Shown here: one piece after another, positions 10,271 through 18,254 of the stretch
How the letters are laid out: each line of letters begins with the position of its first letter
Position numbering within the stretch: position 1 is the first letter of the stretch
Assembly (NCBI RefSeq): GCF_001654925.1
Contig: NZ_LXER01000032.1
Span: 68,339 to 92,338, forward strand
DNA from: Buttiauxella brennerae ATCC 51605
GTDB lineage: Bacteria > Pseudomonadota > Gammaproteobacteria > Enterobacterales > Enterobacteriaceae
Direction: 5' to 3'
DNA: 24,000 bases
Notes under the pieces: generated by a model
Database searches by the model: none
What the model saw: the letters and a program-made list of their open reading frames with translations, nothing else
Told to the model about the DNA's origin: nothing
Translations under genes and position numbers: made by a program

Positions 10271-10318
10271 CAATCATTAAAGGTGTGATTTTGTGGGCAG
10301 GTGCACGTTCCGGGAAAC

Positions 10319-10855
10319 TCACACCTCTTTTGAAATCAGCTCCATTTCTTTGCGCGTATAGACAATATGGTTGTCCGGTATATCTTTGTTAACAAAAGAC
10401 ATCGCGCCAATGGTGACATTCGAACCGATAGTAATATCACCAATAATGCAGCTGTTAGCCCCCACATTCACATTATCGCCAATGACTGTTTTACCCTTGT
10501 CACCACGCGTTTTCTGCCCGATGGTAATGCTCTGGCGTAGAACAATATTTCTACCAATCTCACAATCAGGGCGAATAACCAGCCCCGGGAAATGCCGGAT
10601 CTCCAACCCTTCGGCAATAGTCGCCAGTGGGGAAATATCTATAGCGTATTCACGATTTAACTTGATCAGCTTTTTCTTCGCATAGCGGGAGAGAAAACCT
10701 TTTTTGGCTTTAAAAAAATATCCCCAAAGACGAAACCAAAAATAGAAACGGCGATCGGGACATTTCCAGGCCCGATGAATGACTCGCATCCATGAAAAAG
10801 CGCGGTCGCTTTTAAGAACTTCTTTTTGCAGGCATTTCTTCAGATGTGAGTACAT
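10319..10855 (-). CDS. Hexapeptide-repeat (LbH) O-acetyltransferase, of the serine acetyltransferase / WcaB-like type found in polysaccharide loci
   Basis: 178 aa. The aromatic/basic N-terminal region (FYFWFRLWGYFFKAKKGFLSRYAKKKLIKLNREYAIDISP) is followed by LbH repeats (IGRNIVLRQSITIG, IGDNVNVGANSCIIGDITIGSNVTIGAMSFV). The gene is A+T-rich. Confidence 0.7.
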   Translation of the reverse strand: MYSHLKKCLQKEVLKSDRAFSWMRVIHRAWKCPDRRFYFWFRLWGYFFKAKKGFLSRYAKKKLIKLNREYAIDISPLATIAEGLEIRHFPGLVIRPDCEIGRNIVLRQSITIGQKTRGDKGKTVIGDNVNVGANSCIIGDITIGSNVTIGAMSFVNKDIPDNHIVYTRKEMELISKEV

Positions 10856-10982
10856 AAAAAACCATGATTCTAAACAGGATATGAATATCCTATCGCAGAT
10901 TGTTTATCGACCCTAGCGCTGGAATGGCGTACATTTTTTATCCTCAGACTCGAATGAAGGCCGGTAATTTAAGGATAAGGAC

Positions 10983-11564
10983 ATGTCAGTAAGAAGAAGA
11001 ATGGAAGTGGGTGAACTCTACACAGACCACTGCGAAGGGCTGCCGGAAGAGCGCCGCGCCGGGAAAGAGCTGGTCTACGACTACAACCTGACGCGCCCTT
11101 CACAGGAAGCGCGCCGTGCGGAGTTGCTCCAGGAATTATTTGGCGATATAGGTGAGAACGGTTGGATTGAGCCGCCCCTGCGCGTGGCTTATGGCAGCCA
11201 CACTCATATCGGCAAAAACTTCTACGCCAACTTTAATCTCGTTCTGGTGGACGATGCCACCATCACGATTGGCGATGACGTGATGGTTGCGCCGAACGTG
11301 ACAATTTCTACCGCGGGCCACCCTATCGACCCGGAAATCCGCATCACAGGGCAACAGTTTTCGCGCCCCGTCACGATTGAGGATAACGTCTGGCTGGGAA
11401 CGGGCGTGATGATTAATCCAGGCGTGGTTATAGGCCGCAATAGCGTGATCGGTGCCGGTAGCGTGGTGACAAAATCCATTCCGCCGAACGTGGTCGCAGC
11501 GGGTGTGCCTTGCCGGGTGCTGCGTGAAATTACCGCGGAAGATAAATTGGCTTTTGCCGGTTAG
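10983..11564 (+). CDS. Maltose/galactoside O-acetyltransferase family (Maa/LacA-like) sugar acetyltransferase
   Basis: 193 aa, with AAGGATAAGGA upstream. It aligns by eye with E. coli Maa along its length (GELY..., NFYANFN, TAGHPIDP, PVTIEDNVWLGTGVMINPGVVIG, VVTKSIPPNVVAAGVPCRVLREI). Confidence 0.8.
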   Translation: MSVRRRMEVGELYTDHCEGLPEERRAGKELVYDYNLTRPSQEARRAELLQELFGDIGENGWIEPPLRVAYGSHTHIGKNFYANFNLVLVDDATITIGDDVMVAPNVTISTAGHPIDPEIRITGQQFSRPVTIEDNVWLGTGVMINPGVVIGRNSVIGAGSVVTKSIPPNVVAAGVPCRVLREITAEDKLAFAG

Positions 11565-11581
11565 TCATCCCCTTTTAAATT

Positions 11582-11612
11582 GTAAAGACGGATAAGGTTT
11601 ATCCGTCTTTAC
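11582..11612 (+). terminator. 13-bp perfect hairpin after the Maa-like gene
   Basis: The sequence is GTAAAGACGGATA-AGGTT-TATCCGTCTTTAC, 18 nt after the stop. Only an interrupted T-run follows (GCCAGTTTATTTTTG). Confidence 0.55.
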
Positions 11613-11812
11613 GCCAGTTTATTTTTGCCATCTAAATTAAACCCTTCCCTTTTCAGCCATATAAAAATGCGTTAGCAGTCACATTTTTGAAAGCTAATAA
11701 ATACCCATCAAAACGAAACACACGCCGAAATTATTATTTTCACCCGCCAAGATTAATCCATTGAAATATAGAATATTTTCAACAAAAGTTCAGTTACCCA
11801 CACTCAACAAAA

Positions 11813-11828
11813 TGTGATGAATACCACA
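11813..11828 (+). promoter_or_regulatory. Candidate CRP-binding site upstream of the Pfk/PTS operon
   Basis: TGTGATGAATACCACA matches 9 of the 10 core positions of TGTGA-N6-TCACA. It lies in a ~390-bp A+T-rich leader, 133 nt upstream of the ATG at 11961. A weaker second site, TGTGACATCCATTGCA, is at 11887-11902. Confidence 0.4.
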
Positions 11829-11960
11829 AAAAATAGCAATAAAAACTCTCTGTCAATTTCCCTAAGCCTCAAATGAATCCTGTTTTTGTGACATCCATTG
11901 CAAATCCAAGTCTTGTTTAAAGGGAAAAATGTCTGCAAGCAAATAAACGAGGCGAGCGTC

Positions 11961-12941
11961 ATGAGAATCGGCATGGTAATTAGCGGCGGTGATGTCACGG
12001 GAATAAATAACTTTGTTTTTCAGATTTCCCGACTGGCACAAGCAGAAATCGTTTTGTTTAACGGTGGCATTCCTGGTTTGTTGCAGAATAATCACCAGGC
12101 TATATCCGTACGGGATCTAGTGGATTTTTCTGTCGCTGCCATTCCGATTATGTCTTCAGGAAGAACGAGTCGTAAATTAATGGGCAGTGAATATGAAACT
12201 GTCGCCAGACACTTAAAGTCCTCACATATTGATGTGCTTATTATGGCAGGTGGAGATGGCTCCTTACAGTTTCTGAATAACCTTAGCGAATATGGTGTGA
12301 ATTGTTTCGGCGTCGGCATGACCATCGATAATGATGTTTACGGCAGTGATTACACCATTGGTTTTTCAACCGCCTGCGAACAAGTGATTAAAGAAGTCGG
12401 CAAACTTCGTAATACAGGGCGAGCTTTGCCGGGGCGTGTTTTTATGGTGGAACTGCTGGGCGGTTACTGCGGCGAGCTGACGCTGCAATCGGCAATTAAA
12501 AGCAACGCTGATTTTGCGCTAATTCCCGAGTGCCAACAGGCTTTAAGCGAACTGGCACACAAGATTAGCGCACGCCTTGAGACACAAAACAGCGTCGTGA
12601 TTTTGTGCTCAGAAGGTTACACCAAAGAATATTCCCCCGGTTTCCAGGGGGCGATTGACACCATGATTAAACAGCTTGAACCGAAAATTGGCGTACGAAT
12701 TCGTAAGTCGATTATTGGTTATAGCTTGCGTAACGGTGACCCTACCTGCGAGGAAATCTATCAGGGCACGATTATGGCAAGTGAAGTCGTTCGTTGTATC
12801 CAGTCCGGTATGAGAAATAAAGCCATTATTATTAATTCGAGTAACAAACCGATCCCTATAGATTTAATCAGTATGCAAAAACGCCTCGTCGACACCGAAG
12901 GGCATCATTATAAATTAGCGAAGCAGCTCAATATTATTTGA
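11961..12941 (+). CDS. PfkA-family (ATP-dependent 6-phosphofructokinase family) sugar-phosphate kinase, divergent
   Basis: The start is placed at the ATG at 11961 (MRIGMVISGGDVTGIN) after GAGGCGAG. Family motifs are present: SGGD, MAGGDGSLQ, GMTIDNDVYGSDYTIGFSTA, VELLGGYCGELTLQSAI and IIGYSLRNGDPT. Compare E. coli PfkA VIGGDGSY, GTIDNDIKGTDYTIGFFTA, VEVMGRYCGDLTLAAAI and VLGHIQRGGSPV. Confidence 0.8.
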   Translation: MRIGMVISGGDVTGINNFVFQISRLAQAEIVLFNGGIPGLLQNNHQAISVRDLVDFSVAAIPIMSSGRTSRKLMGSEYETVARHLKSSHIDVLIMAGGDGSLQFLNNLSEYGVNCFGVGMTIDNDVYGSDYTIGFSTACEQVIKEVGKLRNTGRALPGRVFMVELLGGYCGELTLQSAIKSNADFALIPECQQALSELAHKISARLETQNSVVILCSEGYTKEYSPGFQGAIDTMIKQLEPKIGVRIRKSIIGYSLRNGDPTCEEIYQGTIMASEVVRCIQSGMRNKAIIINSSNKPIPIDLISMQKRLVDTEGHHYKLAKQLNII

Positions 12942-12952
12942 GGAGACTTTCA

Positions 12953-13267
12953 ATGCTTAAAATTCTTTGTGTATGTGGCTGCGGTTTAGGTTCCAGTTTC
13001 GCCATTGAAATGGCTGCAACTGCCGTACTTAAAAAACTTCAGATTCCGGCAGAAATTGATCACACCACAGTATCAGAAGCGGGGGCCTTTAAATCTGACA
13101 TTATTTTAACGCAAAAAACGTTCGCCGATATTTTAACGGCCGATGCCAGCGAGGAAGAAATTAAACGCGTCATTGTGCTGCACCGCCTCACGGATAAAGA
13201 CGAAATCGAACAAAAGATTGTCGCCTTTTTAAAAGATCGCAATGTGAAGGTATTCGACCATGAATAG
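12953..13267 (+). CDS. PTS EIIB component, ascorbate/galactitol (UlaB/SgaB-like) type
   Basis: The start is placed at the ATG at 12953, 7 nt after GAGGAG. MLKILCVCGCGLGSSFAIEM carries the phospho-Cys CG.G.GSS motif. Confidence 0.8.
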   Translation: MLKILCVCGCGLGSSFAIEMAATAVLKKLQIPAEIDHTTVSEAGAFKSDIILTQKTFADILTADASEEEIKRVIVLHRLTDKDEIEQKIVAFLKDRNVKVFDHE

Positions 13268-14627
13268 CATCATTAACTTTATTGTTAAAGACCTGCTAGG
13301 ACAGGCATCAATATTGATTGCCTTTATTGCCATGCTCGGTCTTTTGCTGCAAAAAAAATCAAAGGGTAAAGTCGCGGAAGGGACGTTTAAAACGCTGCTT
13401 GGTTTTTTAATCATGATGGCGGGTATCAACATTATTGTCGATACGCTCACTTTCTTGAACGATATCTTCACCCACGGCTTTGGTATGAAAGGCTACATCA
13501 CCGATGTGGCAGCTATTGCCGGCCTTGCAAACCGCGAGCTGGGTTCCGAAGTGGCACTCACGCTAATGGTGATATTTATCGTCAACATCATCATTGCCCG
13601 TATCACGCCGTTTAAATACATCTTTCTCACTGGGCAAGCACTGCTTTGGATGGCAACGATTGGTGCAGTGATCGGCTATAAAGCCGGGCTGACTGGGCTA
13701 CCGTTGATTCTTACTGGTGGGATCTTCGGTGGAATTATGGCTGTGTTGATGCCTGCTCTCGCTCAACCCGTAGTGCGCCGGATTACCGGTTCTGACGATG
13801 TAGCTCTGGGTCACTTCTGCACTATTGGTTATCTGGTGCAGGCTGCGGTGGCGAAGGTTGTCGGCAAAGGTTCTAAATCTACCGAAGATCTGGTGCTGCC
13901 GGATAACTTCAAATTCTTGCAAGATACTTACCTTTCGATGGCCGTGGTGATGATCCCTATGTACCTCATCCCGGCGCTGGCGGCTGGCCCGGAATACATC
14001 GGCCAATACTCTCACGGCGTGAATTACCTGATGTTTGCCTTTATGCAGGCGATTCAGTTTGTTGCCGGGGTATTCGTACTCTACAGCGGTGTGCGTCTAC
14101 TGCTTAACGAGTTGGTGCCTGCGTTCCGTGGTATTGCGATGCGTATCGTGCCTGATGCCAAACCTGCGCTGGACTGCCCGGTTCTGTTCCCTTACGCCCC
14201 CAATGCCGTGATTGTTGGTTTCCTGGCCACCACCGTCGGCTCCATCATCGGCATGATTGTCTTCCCAATGTTCGGCCTGGCAATGATTCTGCCTGGTTTG
14301 TTAACCAACTTCTTTGCTGGCGGCACCGCAGGGATTTTCGGTAACGCAATGGGCGGCAGACGCGGCGCAATCATCGGCGGTGTAGTGCACGGCCTGTTTA
14401 TTACCTTCCTTCCTGCCATCCTGGTGCCAATGCTTGAAAGCTACGGCTTTACCGGTGTGACTTTCAGCGATTCAGATGTGATCAGTAGTGGCCTGATTTT
14501 GGGGCATGTCTTCCAGAATAACTGGACGTTTGTCGGCTTATTCATCCTGTTCGTAGCGCTTATCGCCTGGTTCGTGAATGGCAAATCAACCAAACCTCAA
14601 GAGGAAAAAGCACATGAGTCTGTATAA
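13260..14627 (+). CDS. PTS EIIC component, UlaA/SgaT family
   Basis: 455 aa and polytopic, with the size and character typical of L-ascorbate-family EIIC. It overlaps the EIIB stop by 8 nt (ATGAATAG). Confidence 0.75.
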   Translation: MNSIINFIVKDLLGQASILIAFIAMLGLLLQKKSKGKVAEGTFKTLLGFLIMMAGINIIVDTLTFLNDIFTHGFGMKGYITDVAAIAGLANRELGSEVALTLMVIFIVNIIIARITPFKYIFLTGQALLWMATIGAVIGYKAGLTGLPLILTGGIFGGIMAVLMPALAQPVVRRITGSDDVALGHFCTIGYLVQAAVAKVVGKGSKSTEDLVLPDNFKFLQDTYLSMAVVMIPMYLIPALAAGPEYIGQYSHGVNYLMFAFMQAIQFVAGVFVLYSGVRLLLNELVPAFRGIAMRIVPDAKPALDCPVLFPYAPNAVIVGFLATTVGSIIGMIVFPMFGLAMILPGLLTNFFAGGTAGIFGNAMGGRRGAIIGGVVHGLFITFLPAILVPMLESYGFTGVTFSDSDVISSGLILGHVFQNNWTFVGLFILFVALIAWFVNGKSTKPQEEKAHESV

Positions 14628-15456
14628 CTTCCCGGATTTATTACAGGTAGCCAAAGAGCGTAAATTTAAAGCGGTAGGCTCCTTTAATTTGCACTGTCTT
14701 GAAATGCTGCCCGCTTATTTTAAAGCTGCCAAAGCAACCAATAGCCCGTTAATGATTCAAATTTCCACCGGGACTGCAGAATATTTAGGTTATCGTTTAT
14801 TAGTCGATTCAATTCGTTCTTTATCCGAAAGCCAGCAAATACCAACCTGCTTGCATTTGGATCACTGCTCAGATATTGAGTCCATTAAAACAGCCATCGA
14901 TGCAGGGTTTAGTTCAGTAATGTATGACGGTTCCCATCTGGACATGGCGGATAATATTGCTAATACACGTAAGGTTATTGATATTGCCCGCCCGCGTAAT
15001 ATCTCAGTAGAAGCAGAACTGGGAGCGATTGGCGGCTCAGAAGATGGCAAAGCGGTCGCCATGGAAGATATTTGCTTTACCACCACCGAAGATGCCAAAC
15101 GTTTCGTTGATGAAACCGGGGTGGATATGTTGGCGGTGTCCGTCGGTACGGTACACGGCCTGTATACCGGCAAAGCGAAAATTCAGCATCAACGCCTGGC
15201 GGATATCAGCGAAGTGACCAAAACTCCGCTGGTACTGCACGGTGGCACGGGTGTTAGCGATGAAGATATGCGCCGCGCCGTCGCCGGAGGCATTGATAAA
15301 GTGAACGTTGGCACCGAAATGAATGTGCAATGGGTCGGGCACTGCAAAGAAACCTTCGAGAAGGGCAAAGTGAATGACAGCGTGCGCAAATTTTTAATAC
15401 CAGCAAATGATGCAGTCGCTGCTGTATTAATCGAAAAGATCGCATTATTTAAATAA
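14614..15456 (+). CDS. Class II (zinc) ketose-1,6-bisphosphate aldolase, FbaA/GatY/KbaY family
   Basis: The start is placed at the ATG at 14614 after GAGGA, overlapping the EIIC end by 14 nt. The metal and catalytic motifs are intact: CLHLDHC, VEAELGAIGG, SVGTVHGLY and LVLHGGTG. Confidence 0.85.
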   Translation: MSLYNFPDLLQVAKERKFKAVGSFNLHCLEMLPAYFKAAKATNSPLMIQISTGTAEYLGYRLLVDSIRSLSESQQIPTCLHLDHCSDIESIKTAIDAGFSSVMYDGSHLDMADNIANTRKVIDIARPRNISVEAELGAIGGSEDGKAVAMEDICFTTTEDAKRFVDETGVDMLAVSVGTVHGLYTGKAKIQHQRLADISEVTKTPLVLHGGTGVSDEDMRRAVAGGIDKVNVGTEMNVQWVGHCKETFEKGKVNDSVRKFLIPANDAVAAVLIEKIALFK

Positions 15457-15524
15457 AGCAGGCGTTATCCTCTACTCTTCATTGTAACCCTGGTTGCGTG
15501 GCAACCGTCGGGCGGGAGCTAGCT

Positions 15525-15794
15525 ATGTTTGGATCTTTAAAAAAACTTTTCCACAGTGATAATTCGGATACGGCGCAATATGATATTCAAGCCGTACAAC
15601 TTGAAACTGAATTAACTGCTCTGGAAAATACGTTAACCGAAAATCCCAATAATGGCGAAACACAAAAAGCATTAATGTTGCGCTATAACCAGACGTTACA
15701 AGTTTTTGCGAAGAGTAAAACACACCGTCAGCATATCGATGCTTTATTTGTCAAAATTGATGAGCTGAGAAATATTATTCGTAAGAATATTTAG
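15525..15794 (+). CDS. Hypothetical 89-aa, predicted all-helical protein embedded in the PTS operon
   Basis: The ATG at 15525 follows GGGAG. The sequence is MFGSLKKLFHSDNSDTAQYDIQAVQLETELTALENTLTENPNNGETQKALMLRYNQTLQVFAKSKTHRQHIDALFVKIDELRNIIRKNI. I recognise no family. It is flanked tightly by the aldolase and EIIA genes. Confidence 0.5.
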   Translation: MFGSLKKLFHSDNSDTAQYDIQAVQLETELTALENTLTENPNNGETQKALMLRYNQTLQVFAKSKTHRQHIDALFVKIDELRNIIRKNI

Positions 15795-15803
15795 GGAGAA
15801 CTC

Positions 15804-16241
15804 ATGGCCATTAAAGAGTTATTAATTGAAGCGCAGGCAATACAAGTTGGCGTGCGCGAAACGGACTGGAAAAAGGTGATTAGACTTGCGGCTCAGCCGC
15901 TGGTTGATAATGGCTATATCCTGCCTTCCTATCATGAGGCAGTGATTAATAACACTCTGGAGCATGGCGCGTATTACGTTTTTGAAGAGGGCGTCGCCAT
16001 GCCCCATGCCCGCCCCGAATGCGGGGTGATAAAAAACTGCTTCAGTATGGTGTTACTTGATGAACCCATCGCCTTTGCCGACAGCGAAAAGGCCGACATC
16101 GTGATTATGTTTGCCGCCTGCGACAGCAACGGGCACATCGAAGAAGGCATCCGCGCGATAGTGAATTTGTTGGGCGATGACGATGTCATGGCAAAACTGC
16201 GTCGGGCAAAAGTTAAGGAAGAGGTGATCGCAATATTATGA
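15804..16241 (+). CDS. PTS EIIA component, EIIA-2 (mannitol/fructose/ascorbate) type
   Basis: 145 aa, with GGGAGA upstream and the phospho-His motif EGVAMPHARPE. Confidence 0.8.
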   Translation: MAIKELLIEAQAIQVGVRETDWKKVIRLAAQPLVDNGYILPSYHEAVINNTLEHGAYYVFEEGVAMPHARPECGVIKNCFSMVLLDEPIAFADSEKADIVIMFAACDSNGHIEEGIRAIVNLLGDDDVMAKLRRAKVKEEVIAIL

Positions 16242-16795
16242 GCCAGTCCACGCGAACACAGGGAAAAACGGTGGTACTTGTGAACGGCGTACCCGCCTCA
16301 GGAAAAAGCACTATCGCCCGATTGTTGTCCGAACATTTTACGTTACCGCTACTGACTATCGACGGTATTAAAGAACCTTTTATGGCGCAGTTCAATGAGA
16401 TAGACAGGCCGTTTAATCGCCGCCTGGGAAATGCCGCCTATGAAGTGATCTGGTCGATTGTGGCCGACAGCCCGGTGCAATGCGTGTTTATTATTGATGC
16501 ATGGTTTGGCTTCCAGCCGAAAGAAGCACTTGAACGTTATCTTGAGCAGGCGGGAGTCACTCGGGTGTTGGAAGTGTGGAACCATATTCCCGGCCCCCTT
16601 GCCGCCGAACGTTATGCGCAGCGGCTTGGCGTAAGACGCCCCGGCCATCCGGGGGAAGAATATCTGCCAGAGCTGGTGAAACTTGCGGATAGCGCAGAAC
16701 CGATGTCGCTGGGGCCGGTTTATACCGTGGACCACCGAGAGTCGATAGACACCGCAGGTCTCCTTGCATGGCTGAGTGAAGAATTTGGAGACTAA
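16238..16795 (+). CDS. P-loop NTPase, small kinase-like (AAA_33 / gluconate-shikimate-kinase-like fold class)
   Basis: 185 aa. It has Walker A (VNGVPASGKSTIARLL) and a Walker B-like motif (CVFIIDAW). Its start overlaps the EIIA stop as ATGA. It is more G+C-rich than the 5' half of the operon. Confidence 0.6.
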   Translation: MSQSTRTQGKTVVLVNGVPASGKSTIARLLSEHFTLPLLTIDGIKEPFMAQFNEIDRPFNRRLGNAAYEVIWSIVADSPVQCVFIIDAWFGFQPKEALERYLEQAGVTRVLEVWNHIPGPLAAERYAQRLGVRRPGHPGEEYLPELVKLADSAEPMSLGPVYTVDHRESIDTAGLLAWLSEEFGD

Positions 16796-16821
16796 CCCGA
16801 ATGTTGCTTCCGTAAGCCGAT

Positions 16822-16848
16822 TAAGCCCTCTGCGTTCCAGAGGGCTTA
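16822..16848. terminator. Hairpin between convergent genes; a probable bidirectional terminator
   Basis: The sequence is TAAGCCCTCTG-CGTTC-CAGAGGGCTTA, an 11-bp perfect stem. It sits in the 61-bp gap between the stops at 16795 (+) and 16857 (-). There are no strong U-tracts. Confidence 0.5.
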
Positions 16849-16856
16849 GGAAGAAA

Positions 16857-18218
16857 TCAAGAAGCAGGAGAAGCTACGAGCTTGCGCGTCTTACCATAAA
16901 TAATGGTCAGAACCGCAGGGACAGTAAATGCGACGATTATCGCAAACACTTCATAAATCATTTTTGAATCTGGGCCGCTGAACAGACCTAACTCAAACAC
17001 ATTGAGCACCGGCAGGAAGCTGTAAGTTTTAACACCCAGCAAACCGGTAATGCCACCACCCAACGCGGCACCAATACAACCGAACACAAATAACATTCTG
17101 TATTTCAGATTCACGCCGTACAGCGCCGGTTCAGTAATACCGAAGAAGGCAGAAATTGAGGCAGAAATCGCAATCTGTTTGTCCTTGAGGTTGCGGGCAA
17201 TAAAGATTGCACCGAATGCCGCGCCAAACTGCCCCATTACCGCAGACATGAACATCGCCATAATGGTGTCGTAGCCGTTGACCTGAATATTTATCAGCGC
17301 CAGGGGGATGATGCCCCAGTGCACACCGAACACCACAAACAGCTGGCCAATACCGGCAAGGAGCGCGCCAGAAATGACTGGACTGAGGTTATAGAGCCAT
17401 GCATATCCGTTAGCAATACCGACTCCGACGTAATCCGCAATCGGGCCAATCAAGGTGAACACTACAAAACCGCAGATGATGAGCGATAAACAAGGCACAA
17501 ATACAAACGCAGCCAGCTCCGGGATTATCTTCTTCAGCCAGCGTTCCACATAGCTCAGGAACAACACGGCAAATACAGCAGGGATAACCGCACCACCATA
17601 AATCTTAACGTTCAGCGCAAGTCCCATAATATGGAATGCACCGGGAACACTTGGGTCGGTTAAAGGGAAAATCATCGCCGCTGTCAGTGCCAGCGCAGTA
17701 AATTTATTCGTTTTAAAACGTTCAGATGCCGTAACTGCGATAAACAACGGCAACATCACAAACACACCGCTCGACAGCGCATTAAACACGGTGAACACGT
17801 AAGAATGCGTATCTACCAGGTTCATTGTTTGCAGCAATACCACAATCCCTTTTACGACACCGACGCCCGCCAGCACACCGATGTAAGGCGTGAAAATAGC
17901 GGAAAGTGTCGCCAGCAAGCGGCTTATCCATGAGCCTTGCGCAGTTGTTTCTTCAGCTGCAGGCGTTTGTTCACCGAGCAGTTCTTTAATCGCTGAACAT
18001 ACCTGATCGACTTTCGGGCCAATCACTATCTGGAACTGACTCGGGCTATCCACTAATTTCACGACTTCAGGAAGACCATATAGCGCTTCCGGATTCACTT
18101 TATTTTTATCTTTTAATGTAAAACGTAAGCGTGTTGCGCAATGAGTAATATGTTCGATATTCCCAGGCTCACCAACATGCTTAATTATTTGTTGGGCAAG
18201 CTGACTATATGTCGTCAT
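16857..18218 (-). CDS. PTS EIIBC component, glucose superfamily, sucrose/beta-glucoside subfamily; no EIIA domain
   Basis: 453 aa, with AAGGAA upstream. It has the EIIB phospho-Cys motif ITHCATRLRF and the EIIC motif GITEPALYG. Length and order (B then C) resemble ScrA-type permeases. Confidence 0.8.
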   Translation of the reverse strand: MTTYSQLAQQIIKHVGEPGNIEHITHCATRLRFTLKDKNKVNPEALYGLPEVVKLVDSPSQFQIVIGPKVDQVCSAIKELLGEQTPAAEETTAQGSWISRLLATLSAIFTPYIGVLAGVGVVKGIVVLLQTMNLVDTHSYVFTVFNALSSGVFVMLPLFIAVTASERFKTNKFTALALTAAMIFPLTDPSVPGAFHIMGLALNVKIYGGAVIPAVFAVLFLSYVERWLKKIIPELAAFVFVPCLSLIICGFVVFTLIGPIADYVGVGIANGYAWLYNLSPVISGALLAGIGQLFVVFGVHWGIIPLALINIQVNGYDTIMAMFMSAVMGQFGAAFGAIFIARNLKDKQIAISASISAFFGITEPALYGVNLKYRMLFVFGCIGAALGGGITGLLGVKTYSFLPVLNVFELGLFSGPDSKMIYEVFAIIVAFTVPAVLTIIYGKTRKLVASPAS

Positions 18219-18254
18219 GGTATTTCCTTAGTTTCAAGGTTTGCGCTGTATTTA

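Noticed and set aside
15525-15794. The 89-aa helical protein considered as a lactose/cellobiose-type EIIA, which forms a three-helix bundle.
   Set aside because: I could not find the conserved His-containing motif of that family (for example HGQDHLM). The operon also already has an EIIA-2 protein matching its EIIB and EIIC family.
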